Assembly (NCBI GenBank): GCA_010909165.1
Contig: MU008158.1
Coordinates: forward strand, 1-64,000
Length of the DNA: 64,000 bases
DNA from: Anthoceros angustus
Lineage: Eukaryota > Plantae > Anthocerotophyta
Direction: 5' to 3'
A model generated the notes under the pieces. That model did not search any database, was not told the DNA's origin, and was given only the letters and a program-made list of their open reading frames with translations. Positions 53,111 through 64,000 of this stretch are shown in pieces. A program made the position numbers and the translations under genes. Position 1 is the stretch's first letter, and the number at the start of each line of letters is the position of its first letter.

Positions 53111-53872
53111 ATGACTTACAAACCATTTGTTGAAATCAAATGTGATGTCCATTGAGACTATGGACTTGTACCCCCAAGATAGCATAATATCTTGCATAAT
53201 TGGGTTTGCACCTAACACAATTTATTTATTATCAACATTGTGTATTGGATTGTATAGAATATAAGGCTGCTAATGTTCATCCACGCTATGAAATCTTTCT
53301 TGACCGAGAAGCCCGTATCAGCCGACGGAGGTCCGGATTACGAACCCACCCACTCTTCCCCAACTGGTGATGAGCGTAGTGAGAGTGGTAAGGAAGACGG
53401 ACTAGATGAAACGTAGGATTCGACCGCAGGATACTTGGACGTGAACGAAGTCTCAAACGCTTGGCCACCGGCCTGCTCGTGGATGCTTAAGAGTAGGTAA
53501 TAGTAAACCGTGAGAGCGTTGAGATCGTGGTAGAAACGTACACGAATGCATTTGGTATGCAGAATCAAAGTTGAGACGCAAAACGGAACTAATCATTCCC
53601 TTTGGGAACGGACCACTTACTACAACGACATGGGACCGTATACCAATGACCACACAATAAAAGTCGCACCACAATGACTTACAAACCATTTGTTGAAATC
53701 AAATGTGATGTCCATTGAGACTATGGACTTGTACCCCCAAGATAGCATAATATCTTGCATAATTGGGGTTTGCACACCTAACACAATTTATTTATTATCA
53801 ACATTGTGTATTGGATTGTATAGAATATAAGGTCATAATGTTCATCCATAAAGTGAAATCTTTCTTGACCGC
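52777..53872. repeat. ~550-bp tandem duplication spanning the LTR 3' end and its flank
   Basis: 52777-53305 is repeated at 53341-53872, including non-LTR flank ATGACTTACAAACCATTTG. Confidence 0.85.
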
Positions 53873-54754
53873 TCGGATGCCATTGATGCAATATTGTTTG
53901 TTGCTGGTATCTCATTCTAGAATTATGATAACTTCAATAAATAAGAAGTCTCTGGAAACACATAGGTGCTATCTTTGAGCTGCTTTACATGAACCTCAAT
54001 CTCGTGATCACACATTATCATTGGCTGCGATACCTTGCCCATCAATTTATACTCACCCATTTTTTTTTCCATCATAGACAAGCATGGAGCCCCTCTAACA
54101 TGATGGTACTTGTGTTTTGGATCACTTGTCCACAACATAACCGATCTCTAACAAAACTTGCTTGGTGCCCACAAAGAACAATGTTAGAAATGCCATGCGA
54201 AAGGCAAATGGTGCCGAGGGTGGAATCCCTGCGGAGGGGCAACCATATACGATCGTCCTCCTCCTCTGCCCACATCGCGGCCTCCTCGCGAGAAGCATTA
54301 AAGGTACCCCTAGACTGTAGAATGTGTATTAAAGCTGCTCCATCCATATCGCCTAGAGATTTAATGCTCAAGGGGGCACTGGTAAGCCCATAAACCAAGT
54401 GATTTGAGCAAATTGCACTTTCCATGTCCATGCCGGGCGACTTTGAGTACGAGATTGTTCTTTATACAATCCCCAAGAAGCAACATGATTCCTCCAATTG
54501 CGAGCCATAATGTTTCAAGAAACGAGAGGATGAAAGTTGGCCAGCTTCGAGAGAAGACGCGTTAAGACAAACGGGATGAAAACTGTCTTAGCCATTTTTG
54601 GATAATAATTTATCATACCCAGAGGTAGATCTCCCCCGTTCTAGGACATAGACGGGGATGCAGAGGGGAGGCCACTAAGGGCCAAGAGAATATTTTTGAG
54701 TAATCAAGAGTGGGTAGTACCCCATCCGAGTAGTAGTTTCAAAATGACACAAAT

Positions 54755-56956
54755 TCAATTGAGGACATCTACTATAAACTCGCATTGACAAATATGTTCC
54801 ACAATTTCATCACACTGTGAATGAAGCTCCTTTCCAACTTCTTCCAATACACTGTCTAAGATTATCTCAGTTAACCTATAAAATCAAAGCTAATTGATTA
54901 AAACTATTAAACTGAAATGGAGATCCTGTCAAATTTATTCATCACTTCGAAAAGATTGGAATCAGGAGTGTACCAGGTGGTGACCTTCCAATGTTCAGTG
55001 ACTTCAGTTATCGCATATTTCGGTAAATTGAATATTTGTACTGCCAATATGTAAAAAAATTATAAACATAGGATTGAAGCTTAGATATTCTTTAATGAAA
55101 ATAAATGCTCACCATCGGAAGCTGTGAACAAAGTATTTGAAGGTGCATCAAAATATCGTGTGTCAGGATTGCTAACAGAAAACTCAACAGTTTGCTTATT
55201 GCTGCTCAACAATTTGTCCATCTCTGGGTTAAGCCACCGGCGCCTTATGTCATTCTCCTAAAAACACAAGACAAACTCATCCAGAATCCAGTTAAACAAC
55301 CCACTAGATGCTTAAACAACAGTTTCAGTGAACTTACAAGGTCTTGGACTTCATTTACGTACTCCTGAAGTTGCTCTACCAATTGCGGGAGCCCGTCACA
55401 GTCCTTCACGTTTTTGCAGGGCGTTTGGTCCTCGTACATGAACCGATCCTATTTGCAGATACAGGACAATCTGGAATCGTGAATTCAGATCAACAAGAGA
55501 GGCCAACTTGATTGAAAGGAAAATGAGTATCACCTCTTCTCGAGGGATCACATTCTCCTCCAACAGATCAGAGTCTCTGCAAGTAAGCCAACCAACCCAG
55601 CACTTTGAAGAAAGCTCTGTAGTCCAACCAACTCATGGAAAACGAGAAAGGTGGCAATAGAAATTCATGTTCTATAAGCTCCAATGATAACCTTGTTAAG
55701 CTATTGAATCCTTCAGATTGTGGACGTCCTGCAAACCATCAGAACGCATCCGAATGGAGCTTCATCAGTCTCTTTTTCATATGCTCAAACAAACATATCC
55801 CTCCATTGTGGTAACACCTAAAAAGGGAGCATATGTCATACTTACTCTGTTCTCTTGTTGACGGAGCGAGAGGACGACGTCTTCGCACTGGGAGGATAAC
55901 ATAGGCAGAGGGATCAAAGGCGGGTGGTGTGGGCTGTGGAGCAGCAGGAACAGATAGAACCGTGGGAGCATCGCTGTCCGGAGTTGCACATCCCGTACTT
56001 CCTTCCCTGCCCCGTACCTCCCCGGGACCTACAGACTTCAAAAGATGGCATTCCTTGGCTGTCTGCAACTGTTTCGAATGTGCCGGGTGTCTCCCACTCC
56101 CCAGCCAAGTGATCACTGCCTTGCAGGAGTTGTCCCCAGATGGGTTGGTAACCACCTCCTGCACCACAGCAGGACCATCCTTCACCTTCAACCTAAGCTT
56201 GGCTGAAGACTCGGTCTGGGTCTGGGTGTTTACACCTCGTTGGGCAGGGGCAGCTACACCATCACGTACTCCACCTATCATCCCATACGTGATAAGCCTC
56301 AGTAACTGTTGCTGCAAGCTTTTCTGATACATCCACATCAACAAATGCTGCCACTTGAGATGCGTGCCACACACATGCAACGACCACCTCCCCAACATTC
56401 CAACATAAACACCACATACACATTCAGGTCTTGCAACAACCCCATCACCCCAAGACTCCAAAGCTCACACTACCTGCTCCTGCTGGCTCTCCCGCAACTG
56501 CTGCATGAAAGAAATCTGCTCCCTCAACTGCTCCCGCACATCCTCAAAGCTCTCCTGCCATCTCCCCGCCCTCCCAGCAGGCCAGGGGCCCGTCCCCCTG
56601 CCCCCCTCCATTCCCATCAGCATCCGCATCTGGGCCAAGGCCCCGGGAGTCGCAACCCACTCCACCCCACCATCCCCGCCCGCCGCAGCAGGCCTGATCG
56701 TGCTCTGCTCGATGTCCCGCCGGGCCATGGACGCAAACGCCGCAACTGCTCCTCCTGACTCCGCATCATCTTCCCCACCTCCTGGTCCCATCTTCCACAC
56801 CTGCCGGCACCCGCAGCCTGCCATCCCTTCCGCGTGGTGGGCATTTCGCCCACGCTCCCCACCGATACCTCGGGCTGCATCCCTGCCACAACCCATTTGC
56901 GGAAGCCGGCACCCACAACCACTCTTCCACGGAGGACCTGTAGGCTTGTCAGGCAT
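54755..56956 (-). CDS. Predicted 8-exon gene (502 aa), coiled-coil protein with a Moonraker/KIAA0753-like C-terminus
   Basis: Exons 56956-56474, 56347-55846, 55728-55692, 55576-55534, 55448-55338, 55257-55113, 55040-54974, 54875-54755. All introns are GT-AG, 72-126 nt, with consistent phases, and total 1509 nt without an internal stop. C-terminus HWKVTTWLTEIILDSVLEEVGKELHSQCDEIVEHICQCEFIVDVLN. The 5' exons are less certain. Confidence 0.7.
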
Positions 56957-57055
56957 TTGGTGAAGAAACCAGCAGCACGGAAGTGACGGGAAAACCTACA
57001 GACCTCCGTTCTCTGTTTTCTTCCCTTCCCTGCGCTGCTCCCGGAGCTCGTGGCG

Positions 57056-57514
57056 ATGGCGGATCCTCTGAACGCGGTGCTGCGGCTGCCGTACCGGGCG
57101 CTGCGAGTGCCCCGGATGCGGCTGAGAGCTCCCTCGGTGGCGCTGCCGTCTGCCACCACCGTGTTTGTGGGCGTTCTGTTCACCTACTTCCTCGTGGTGT
57201 CAGGCTTCGTGTACGATGTGATTGTGGAGCCTCCCGGGATCGGGAGCAGGCAGGATCCCGTCACCGGAGCCATCCGGCCGCTGGTGTTTCTTCCCGGCAG
57301 GGTGAATGGGCAGTACATCATCGAGGGGCTGTCATCCGGCTTCATGTTCGTGCTGGGAGGCGTGGGGCTCATCATGGTGAACATTGGTGCGGACAAGGGC
57401 AGGGCTCGCAACGTTCGCATCACGTTTTTGGTGGCGGGAGCTGCCTTGATCGCCATCTCCTACACCATGAGCATCCTCTTCATCAAGATCAAGATTCCTG
57501 GATACTTGCATTGA
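57056..57514 (+). CDS. OSTC: Oligosaccharyltransferase complex subunit OSTC/DC2 (152 aa), no intron in the CDS
   Basis: YFLVVSGFVYDVIVEPPGIGSRQDPVTG...PLVFLPGRVNGQYIIEGLSSGFMF...KIPGYL is the OSTC family signature. Confidence 0.95.
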   Translation: MADPLNAVLRLPYRALRVPRMRLRAPSVALPSATTVFVGVLFTYFLVVSGFVYDVIVEPPGIGSRQDPVTGAIRPLVFLPGRVNGQYIIEGLSSGFMFVLGGVGLIMVNIGADKGRARNVRITFLVAGAALIAISYTMSILFIKIKIPGYLH

Positions 57515-57607
57515 GGTCGGTGCATGCTTTGTTTCTTCTTGTGTGTGTGATGGACGCACTTCTGTCTGCCTGCCTTTGCTTTGAATTGCATCAGCCTTAC
57601 TTGGCAG

Positions 57608-57893
57608 TGCTGCTGTGGTTTGGAAGCTATGGTGGCAGCCGCTGTGGAAGTGAACGCAGTGAGCGGTCTTCAGATCGGCACAATGGTGGGGATCGCCATG
57701 GCAGTGGTGGTGGTGGCCGCTCAAGCTCAGCCGGAGACGGAGGAGGCCGTGGTGGAGGAAGCAGTGATCGTTACAGTGGTGGAGGCCCCTTCCTCGTACC
57801 GGGAGGAAGCCACCGGACCGCTCTGGTCCCTATGACCGTCCAAGTGCTACGACTGGTGGAGGAAGCCGTTCTTCTCATGATGACCGATACTGA
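57608..57893 (+). pseudogene. Gly/Arg/Asp-rich tail resembling the C-terminus of RZ-1 glycine-rich RNA-binding proteins
   Basis: GSYGGSR...SDRHNGGDRHGSGGGGR...GGSSDRYSGGGP and, after one -1 shift near 57815, DRSGPYDRPSATTGGGSRSSHDDRY*. Preceded by a GT-AG intron at 57516-57607. Confidence 0.55.
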
Positions 57894-59397
57894 GCAGGCT
57901 CCATGCTTGTCTGATGTGGTGATCAGTTTTCACTGCCCGCACATCTTTAGAGTTTTCTTCGTGAATGTTTATACTCCCAGTTTCAGCAGCTGCTGGTTTG
58001 CTAATGACCTCGTGAAACTGTCACAATTTTGGACGTGGAGGCTCAGTCATCAGGTCTCTCTCTGATATGGCACTCTATTGTTCTGGACGATAGATAATCT
58101 AATGGCTACGTGTATGAGATCATAATTCGTGAACTAGCTCGAAGGGACAACTAATGGCTGGGATCTGAAAGAGTATTTGGAGGGAGCATTTCATTTTTTG
58201 CATTCTGGGATGGATATGTATGAATTCTTTATGCTTGGTGTTCTCTTGAGCAAGATAGAAGACTCACACAAATCTTCCCTTGGGTACCTTTTTGTTTCAA
58301 AGACTTCTGTGACTGGTGGGAATGTTTCTCAAGGTTGTTAGTGGAAGATCTCGAACCTAGACTGACCGATACCAAGAGGGTTTTGTGTACTTCAAAGACC
58401 TTGGGGACTCAGTGAACTCAATTTCCGGACCAGAACCTCCTTGTCTGTCTGGATTCGGCTGTTTTTGGCATCTGGCGTCTGAGATGGAAGCAGGCTGCTA
58501 CCTGTGTTGCCTTCATAGTTCTACTACCGTGTTGGTAAATCCGGAGGGCTATGCCAAGGAGGGGGAGTTTGTCTGTGCAGTAATTTGTGAACTATCTTAC
58601 TGCTTTGGGCACTTGATGAGGATGATGGATCTGCCTTGGGGCTCCTTTAGTGTGAGGTAAGTGACATCCGGCCCTGTATCCTGTTGTTCATAACTCTCAG
58701 CGCTCGTTCTCATGGCTGATCTCGACACCACTTTAAGTGGTAAAACTTGCCTCGTGACATCGTTTTGGTGCATTTTGCTCTTGCCTGCTTGGTAAGTTTC
58801 CCTTGTAGATTAGACACTGTTTTTATGTCATTTTGAATCTTGCTAAGCTGACTAATTAGCCATCTTCTGACCCGGCAGGTGTGCTCACGGCATTTGTTCT
58901 GTTATTTAGATTTTGTTAGGTTGTTGGTTACAATTTTTGCAGTATGTGGATCATGCTAGACGAAAGTACTTCGGGACCATGGTGAAACTTGAGATTAAAC
59001 AGAGCGCGCTAGCCCCCATTCGTAGTGCTGGTATGTGCCCACTGGAGCCTGCTGATGCAAGCCATGCTGTGGGAAGGGAGCCAGGTATTCTGGGCCCCTT
59101 ATCCCGCTCACAAGTCACAACTGTAGCCAGACACGGTGTCCTTGTCTCCTCTCGAGGAGGAACGGTTCTGTGAAGTCGCCGCGAGGCTCGAGTGACTTTT
59201 GATATGCCGTTTTTCGGTCAGAACCGCAGACATTGTCCATGGAATAACGGTACTGGTAAAATAAAGAAGAAAAGTGAAAATTTAGAAGTAAAAAGTAAGT
59301 AGTAGTTTCTCTTTGAAGAAGATGCAATGTTGCATGCTTCACGCCTCTCCTATAAGAGAGGAATTGCTGTAACTGTTGATGAAGAGCCACCGCCACC

Positions 59398-59810
59398 TAG
59401 AGAGGACTCTTAGTGGTTAGTGGTTTGCAAGAATTTTTGAGTGGACAACGGCTTAGTCCTAGAGAGGACTCTTAGTGGTTAGTAGTTTGCAAGAATTCTC
59501 CGACGGGCAATGGCTTAGTTGAGGTGAGCCTACGGGATATATAAAGGCTAGAACAAGAGATTGGAGTGAGGCTTAGACTAGAACAAGGGATTGGAGTGAG
59601 GTGAGCCTGTGGGATATGTAAGGGCTAGAACAAGGGATTGATCAAAGGACTGGAGTGAGGCTCAGGCTAGAACAAAGGATTTATAAACGCTAGAACAAGG
59701 GATTGAACAAAGGACTGGAGTGAGGCTCACGCTAGAACAAGGGATTTATAAAGGCTAGAACAAGGGATTGAACAAGGAAGGGATTGGAGTGAGGTGAGCC
59801 TGTGGGATAT
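59398..59810. repeat. Modular tandem repeat (CTAGAACAAGGGATT / GGAGTGAGG modules, preceded by a ~60-bp duplication)
   Basis: About nine CTAGAACAA modules. GAGAGGACTCTTAGTGGTTAG occurs twice at ~59400 and ~59463. Confidence 0.85.
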
Positions 59811-59812
59811 GT

Positions 59813-60044
59813 TGATGAGAATCATACACAAGCTCAAGCAATATGTGTTGCATTACATTCATAATAGAAAGTACATGCCTTTATGTAGGCAAGGTAGTTG
59901 TAACCAATAAGTGGTTGTAACAACTAACCAATTAAATAACTACTAAAAGAAACTACCTAGAGCCCTAAGGACTAAATTAATTATTAAGTCCTAGGTGCCC
60001 TAGTGAAGAGTGCCCTAATAGTAAGCTATTTTATCACTCCCACT
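59813..60044 (-). repeat. Copia 3' LTR (59813-60036) plus PPT complement CTCCCACT
   Basis: TG...CA ends, and similar to the LTR at 289-554. Confidence 0.75.
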
Positions 60045-61652
60045 CACTATGAACTAGGGGTGATTTTCGACCAAAAGAGGTCTAGGAAAACTAGTCTAGT
60101 AAAACTAGTCCCTAACTAAACTTTACTTAAAGGCATAAAGTAAAACTTAAGGTAAAACTGAAAGTAATAATCACTATTAAAATAACTCCCACTTAAGGAG
60201 AACGAGATGAGAAACTAATAACCCAACTTCAAATAGGTGGAATTAAAACTAATTAAAAGTATTTAAGGGATTTATATATAGAGGAAAATCCAGAAAATAC
60301 CTAATTTCCGAAAAGGAAAATCAAAAGGATAATGGATAATACCCTTCTTCCTCAAACTTCACTTCGCGATCCCGACAACTTGGTGGTTGGTACATGCGTG
60401 ATGGCGATGGCGAGTGGCTACCCGCAGAAGGCGCCAATCCCGCCCACGGGAGGCGCCACGGGGCGCCAGCGCCATCGCCATCCCGCGCCCTTCCCTCGCG
60501 GCCGCGCCGCCAGAGGCGGCGCGCCTTCCGCCCCCATCCTTGCAGAGGGACGCCAGGGCGCTGGGCCCAAACAAAAGGAGAGGGCCCCCCACCGATGCAT
60601 AGTCGTGTCCCGCGGTGATGAAGAGTCTCGCCTCCAGCACTGCCTTCCCGCAAAAAAAGAAATCTCCATTTGTCATTGATCGACCTCATCCTCGGAGGAT
60701 GAAGCAAAGAGATGCCTAAGGATCCTCACGACGCCCAGAGAAGAGGAAAGCCGTCCGAAGTGTAAGATTGCGTCTTCATTTCGCCATTTCTCCTGCCATG
60801 TCTTCATTTGTGAAGCAATTCTGGATGTGCTCACCAAAGGGGAGGAAGCGCAGCCTAGGTGATGAGGACGTGCCTCCCCCCCTCAATGAATGATGCTCCC
60901 ACCGCCAAAAGTGTTTGTAGGAAAGATTGCCCATCTTATGCTTCTAAGAAGAAGCTATGACACAAGTGGATTACAAGGATGCTGCTTGATGGATAAGAGG
61001 TCGACACTTGTGTGGTGACGCTTGCGAGATGGGTGGAGACGGCATGGGGAGGATATGACAAGGAAGGGAAAAGAAAGGTGCAATATATTAAATAAGGGTT
61101 ATCCAAGATTTTAAGCATCCTAATTTCTATATGAGTTTTAGGATCTATAATAACCTAGCATAAATTTTCTGCTTGATGCGTAAACACATTTTGTTTCCTA
61201 AGTGTATTAAAGACAAAAACATGGGCTATTATAAGCGGAATTCTACCAAAAGGTGACCGGAAAATAAAGTATACATACTCACCTTAGGTTTAAGTGAAAA
61301 GGGAGATGTCCGGACTCCTATATATGTGAGGAAACTACCATCCACATGATAAAATAGCAAGTCTCCCATGTGAGGAATTTCAGGACATATCAAACATATT
61401 TTCCGTAGGTGCCTTTGGTGCTAAGGGAATTTATTGTTTTAATCACATAAATACTGCTTAAATATTATTTTTATTTTTAATATAAATATTCCAGGTTCTA
61501 TGTTGGCTGCCTATGAAGAGGAAGGCGGATGACCTAAGCTATTTTGAGATAGAAGAAGAAAATGTTCAGAAAAATAGTAAGACAATAATTTTTGGGCTAA
61601 GATTTTAAGGTTATCTTAAATCGGCCCTAAGGCTGCTAGGGTGAGTATTAGG

Positions 61653-64000
61653 TTAAAGGTTTGGACGTGTGTCCATTATACCCAAACATTTCATGTGTTT
61701 CCTATGTAACTCAATTCCCAATGACTTTGTTAATAAATCGACATTGTCTAAAGTTTGAACATAACTAATATTTATGGTTTGATCTTCTAACTTTTCCCTT
61801 ATGTAGTGATACTCAACAGCTATATGTTTAGTTCTAGAATGAAAACAGATTTCGTGCAAGTGCAATGGCACCGCTATCACTAAACAAAGATGTAGGCTTA
61901 AGTTGAGGATGGTGAAGTTCACTCAAAACTAACGGACCACACTATGTCTTTAGAACCGAGGTTAGTACCAGATTCGATTGACAAAGCTATAGTAGGTTGT
62001 TTCTTACTTGACCAGGATATTGGTGCTCCTCCTAAGAGTAATACATACCCGACTGATTTTCGGTGTCGGGTCATAAAGATAGTCGGCATCGATATGCCGT
62101 TAGAGTTAATGTGTTGATAGCTGGTGTATGCTTGAACATCGATCCTGTACATAGTGCCTTTAAGGTATCCGAATATACGCTCAGACATCCGGTGCTCACG
62201 CCCGTGGTTCTCCAAGAATTGTGAACCGACTTCAAAAGATATATCCGGTCTCGTAAAATTGCATAAATATATTAGAGTGCCAACAGATGTCGGTATGGAA
62301 CTGACATTTCTAGCTTTTCTTCATTGTTTTGGGACTCATATCCGAGGTAAGCCTAACACCACTTGCAAAAGGTGTGGGTGCAGCTTTGCATCCTCAAGTC
62401 CAAATTTAGCTAAACTCTCCTTAATATACTTGGTTTGAACTATACTTAGAGTCTTATTACCTCTATTTCGTATAATATTAACACCAAGTGCATATGTCAT
62501 TTCTCCTAGATCGGACATCTCAAATAGAGTCCTAAGCCATGCTTTAGTTTACTAGAGTGAGGGAGTTTGTTGCCATAAAAACATCATCAACATAAAGTAG
62601 AAGATAAAATATATCATTGCGGATATTAGGATGTACATACAAGCATCACCACGCTTTGCTTAAATCCTCTCCCAATAAGTTGTACATGTATGGTTAGTTC
62701 CAATTCTTGCTTAAGGCCATACAAACCTTTGATGAGTCGGCATACCCAATCTTCTTTGCCTTTGACTTCAGAACCCTCGGGTTGTCTCATGTATATTTCC
62801 TCTGGGCCCCATACAAATATCTTTGTCTTAACATCCATCATGTGGAGTTCAAGATCATGTTGGGCACATAAGGCAAATATCATTCAAGTGTGGCAATTTG
62901 GCTTGGGGCATAAGTGGCCCAAGGTATGTAATCTAGACCAGAATTGTGTAAAACCTCGCTACTAGGACGTGCCTTATACCTTTCTATAGAACCATCTCCT
63001 TTTCTTTTAATTTTGAATACCCATTTGCTGGTTACTATCTTCCTACCCCTAGGTGGTTTGACCAATTCCCATGTAGAGTTATTAACTAGGGAATTATATT
63101 CGAATCTACTACCTTCCATAAGTCTTTTCGGAGAAGAGAAAGCTTGTTTTAAGGTAAGAGGTTCTTCCGGGTCTATAGTTGCCTTGTAGACAGCTTGAGA
63201 ATAAAGTGATATAGGGGTATAGGATCATCAAAACAGCTAGGTATCCTAAAGGAGGTTCCTTCCAACCAGGGACCGAGATAGTAGGTCGGGATCTAAGGTT
63301 GTACCTTTGTGTGCATCATCCACAGGCGGGATCAACGGATCTGCTGGCTCCACAATGTCATCCTCCGAGGGTCATCAAACTCATCATCATGAGTGTCAAC
63401 CGGCGCCTGCTGGGATGTCAACATCGCGGTTGAGTTGTACGTTGTGGAATAGATGCTAACTCCTCCTCCTCCCGCATAATAGGTTCAACTAAAGGAACAC
63501 GAAGCGGAATGGGAAATGGAGTGAAATAATCAATCATCAAAATAAGAAGGGTCAATGGTCTCATCAAGAGGAGGACCAAGCCTATCAGCTCCACATGTGG
63601 GGAAAAGAGGTAAGACTCATGAAAAGTAACACTCGGCGTATAAAAGTTGCCTTGTAGAAGGGTTGAACAATTTGTACCCTTTGATACCTTGTAGCCAATG
63701 AAAGTGTACTTATGCTTTGGGATCCAACTTACGCAATGCTTTGGGAATAAAAACATATGCGGGATCCAAAAATTGGTAAGGTGGTCAATAGAAGGCTTCT
63801 TGCCAATGAATGCTTCATATGGAGTCATACCTTGAAGCTGATGTAGGCAATCGATTCATGAGATAGGTTCTAGGAGGGCCTCCGCCCAATAAGCCTTAGA
63901 TAACTTAGCTTGTACCAATAAGCAACTGTGATCTCTTGAGGCGTAGATTCTTGTTCGGCCACGCCATTTTGTTGAGGAGTGTAGACAATGTAAGTTGTTG
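61653..64000 (-). pseudogene. Copia INT-RT-RNase H, decayed; continues right of the window
   Basis: FHSRTKHIAVEYHYIRE, PISWSSKKQPTIALS, MSDLGEMTYALG, KWVFKIKRKGDGSIERYKAR, TPYEAFIGKKP. Confidence 0.92.

Noticed and set aside
53923-54550. Minus-strand ORFs as a gene or hAT transposase
   Set aside because: No recognisable motif and no consistent splice model.
57056-57514. OSTC as a retrogene
   Set aside because: A short intronless CDS is not diagnostic. I cannot confirm the ancestral intron state, and a 3' intron is present.
57581-57835. Ala/Val-rich 84-aa ORF as a secreted peptide
   Set aside because: It is the alternative frame of the Gly-rich RZ-1-like sequence, and it starts inside the predicted intron.
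56983-58065. 360-aa ORF overlapping OSTC as a dual-coding gene
   Set aside because: It has a GTG start and is a shadow frame of a GC-rich CDS. It runs through a likely intron, and only the Gly-rich part looks protein-like.
58385-59173. Possible extra exons downstream of OSTC (e.g. TTTTGCAG acceptor near 58941)
   Set aside because: No recognisable product and no coherent exon chain.
1-64000. tRNA, rRNA, telomeric arrays, tyrosine-recombinase (DIRS) or Helitron genes
   Set aside because: None recognised by eye. tRNAscan-SE or Infernal would be needed to exclude small RNAs.

Overview
Repeat-dense plant nuclear DNA. The intron size (about 70-125 nt), a candidate centriolar gene and non-chromoviral gypsy elements suggest a lineage with flagellated sperm; this is inference only. 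About 85% is LTR-retrotransposon sequence. There is one complete Copia element (584-7315, TSD TGTCT) with an extra ORF before gag and an antisense ORF after pol, plus four other Copia pieces. Several copies of one Athila/Phygy-like Ty3/gypsy lineage carry a long accessory ORF after integrase, a GAGGTCCGG minisatellite and a ~1 kb LTR; one derivative is a tandem array of LTR-promoter/accessory-ORF units that lack gag-pol. Three host genes are present: an intronless type II SKP1 (ASK20/21-like), OSTC/DC2, and an 8-exon gene reconstructed here by hand whose C-terminus resembles Moonraker/KIAA0753. The spliced 3' region of OSTC continues in frame past the stop into an RZ-1-like Gly-rich tail. Repeats are full of 1-bp indels while the genes are intact, so many frameshifts and some duplications may be assembly errors. 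All family calls come from motif recognition; no database search was run.
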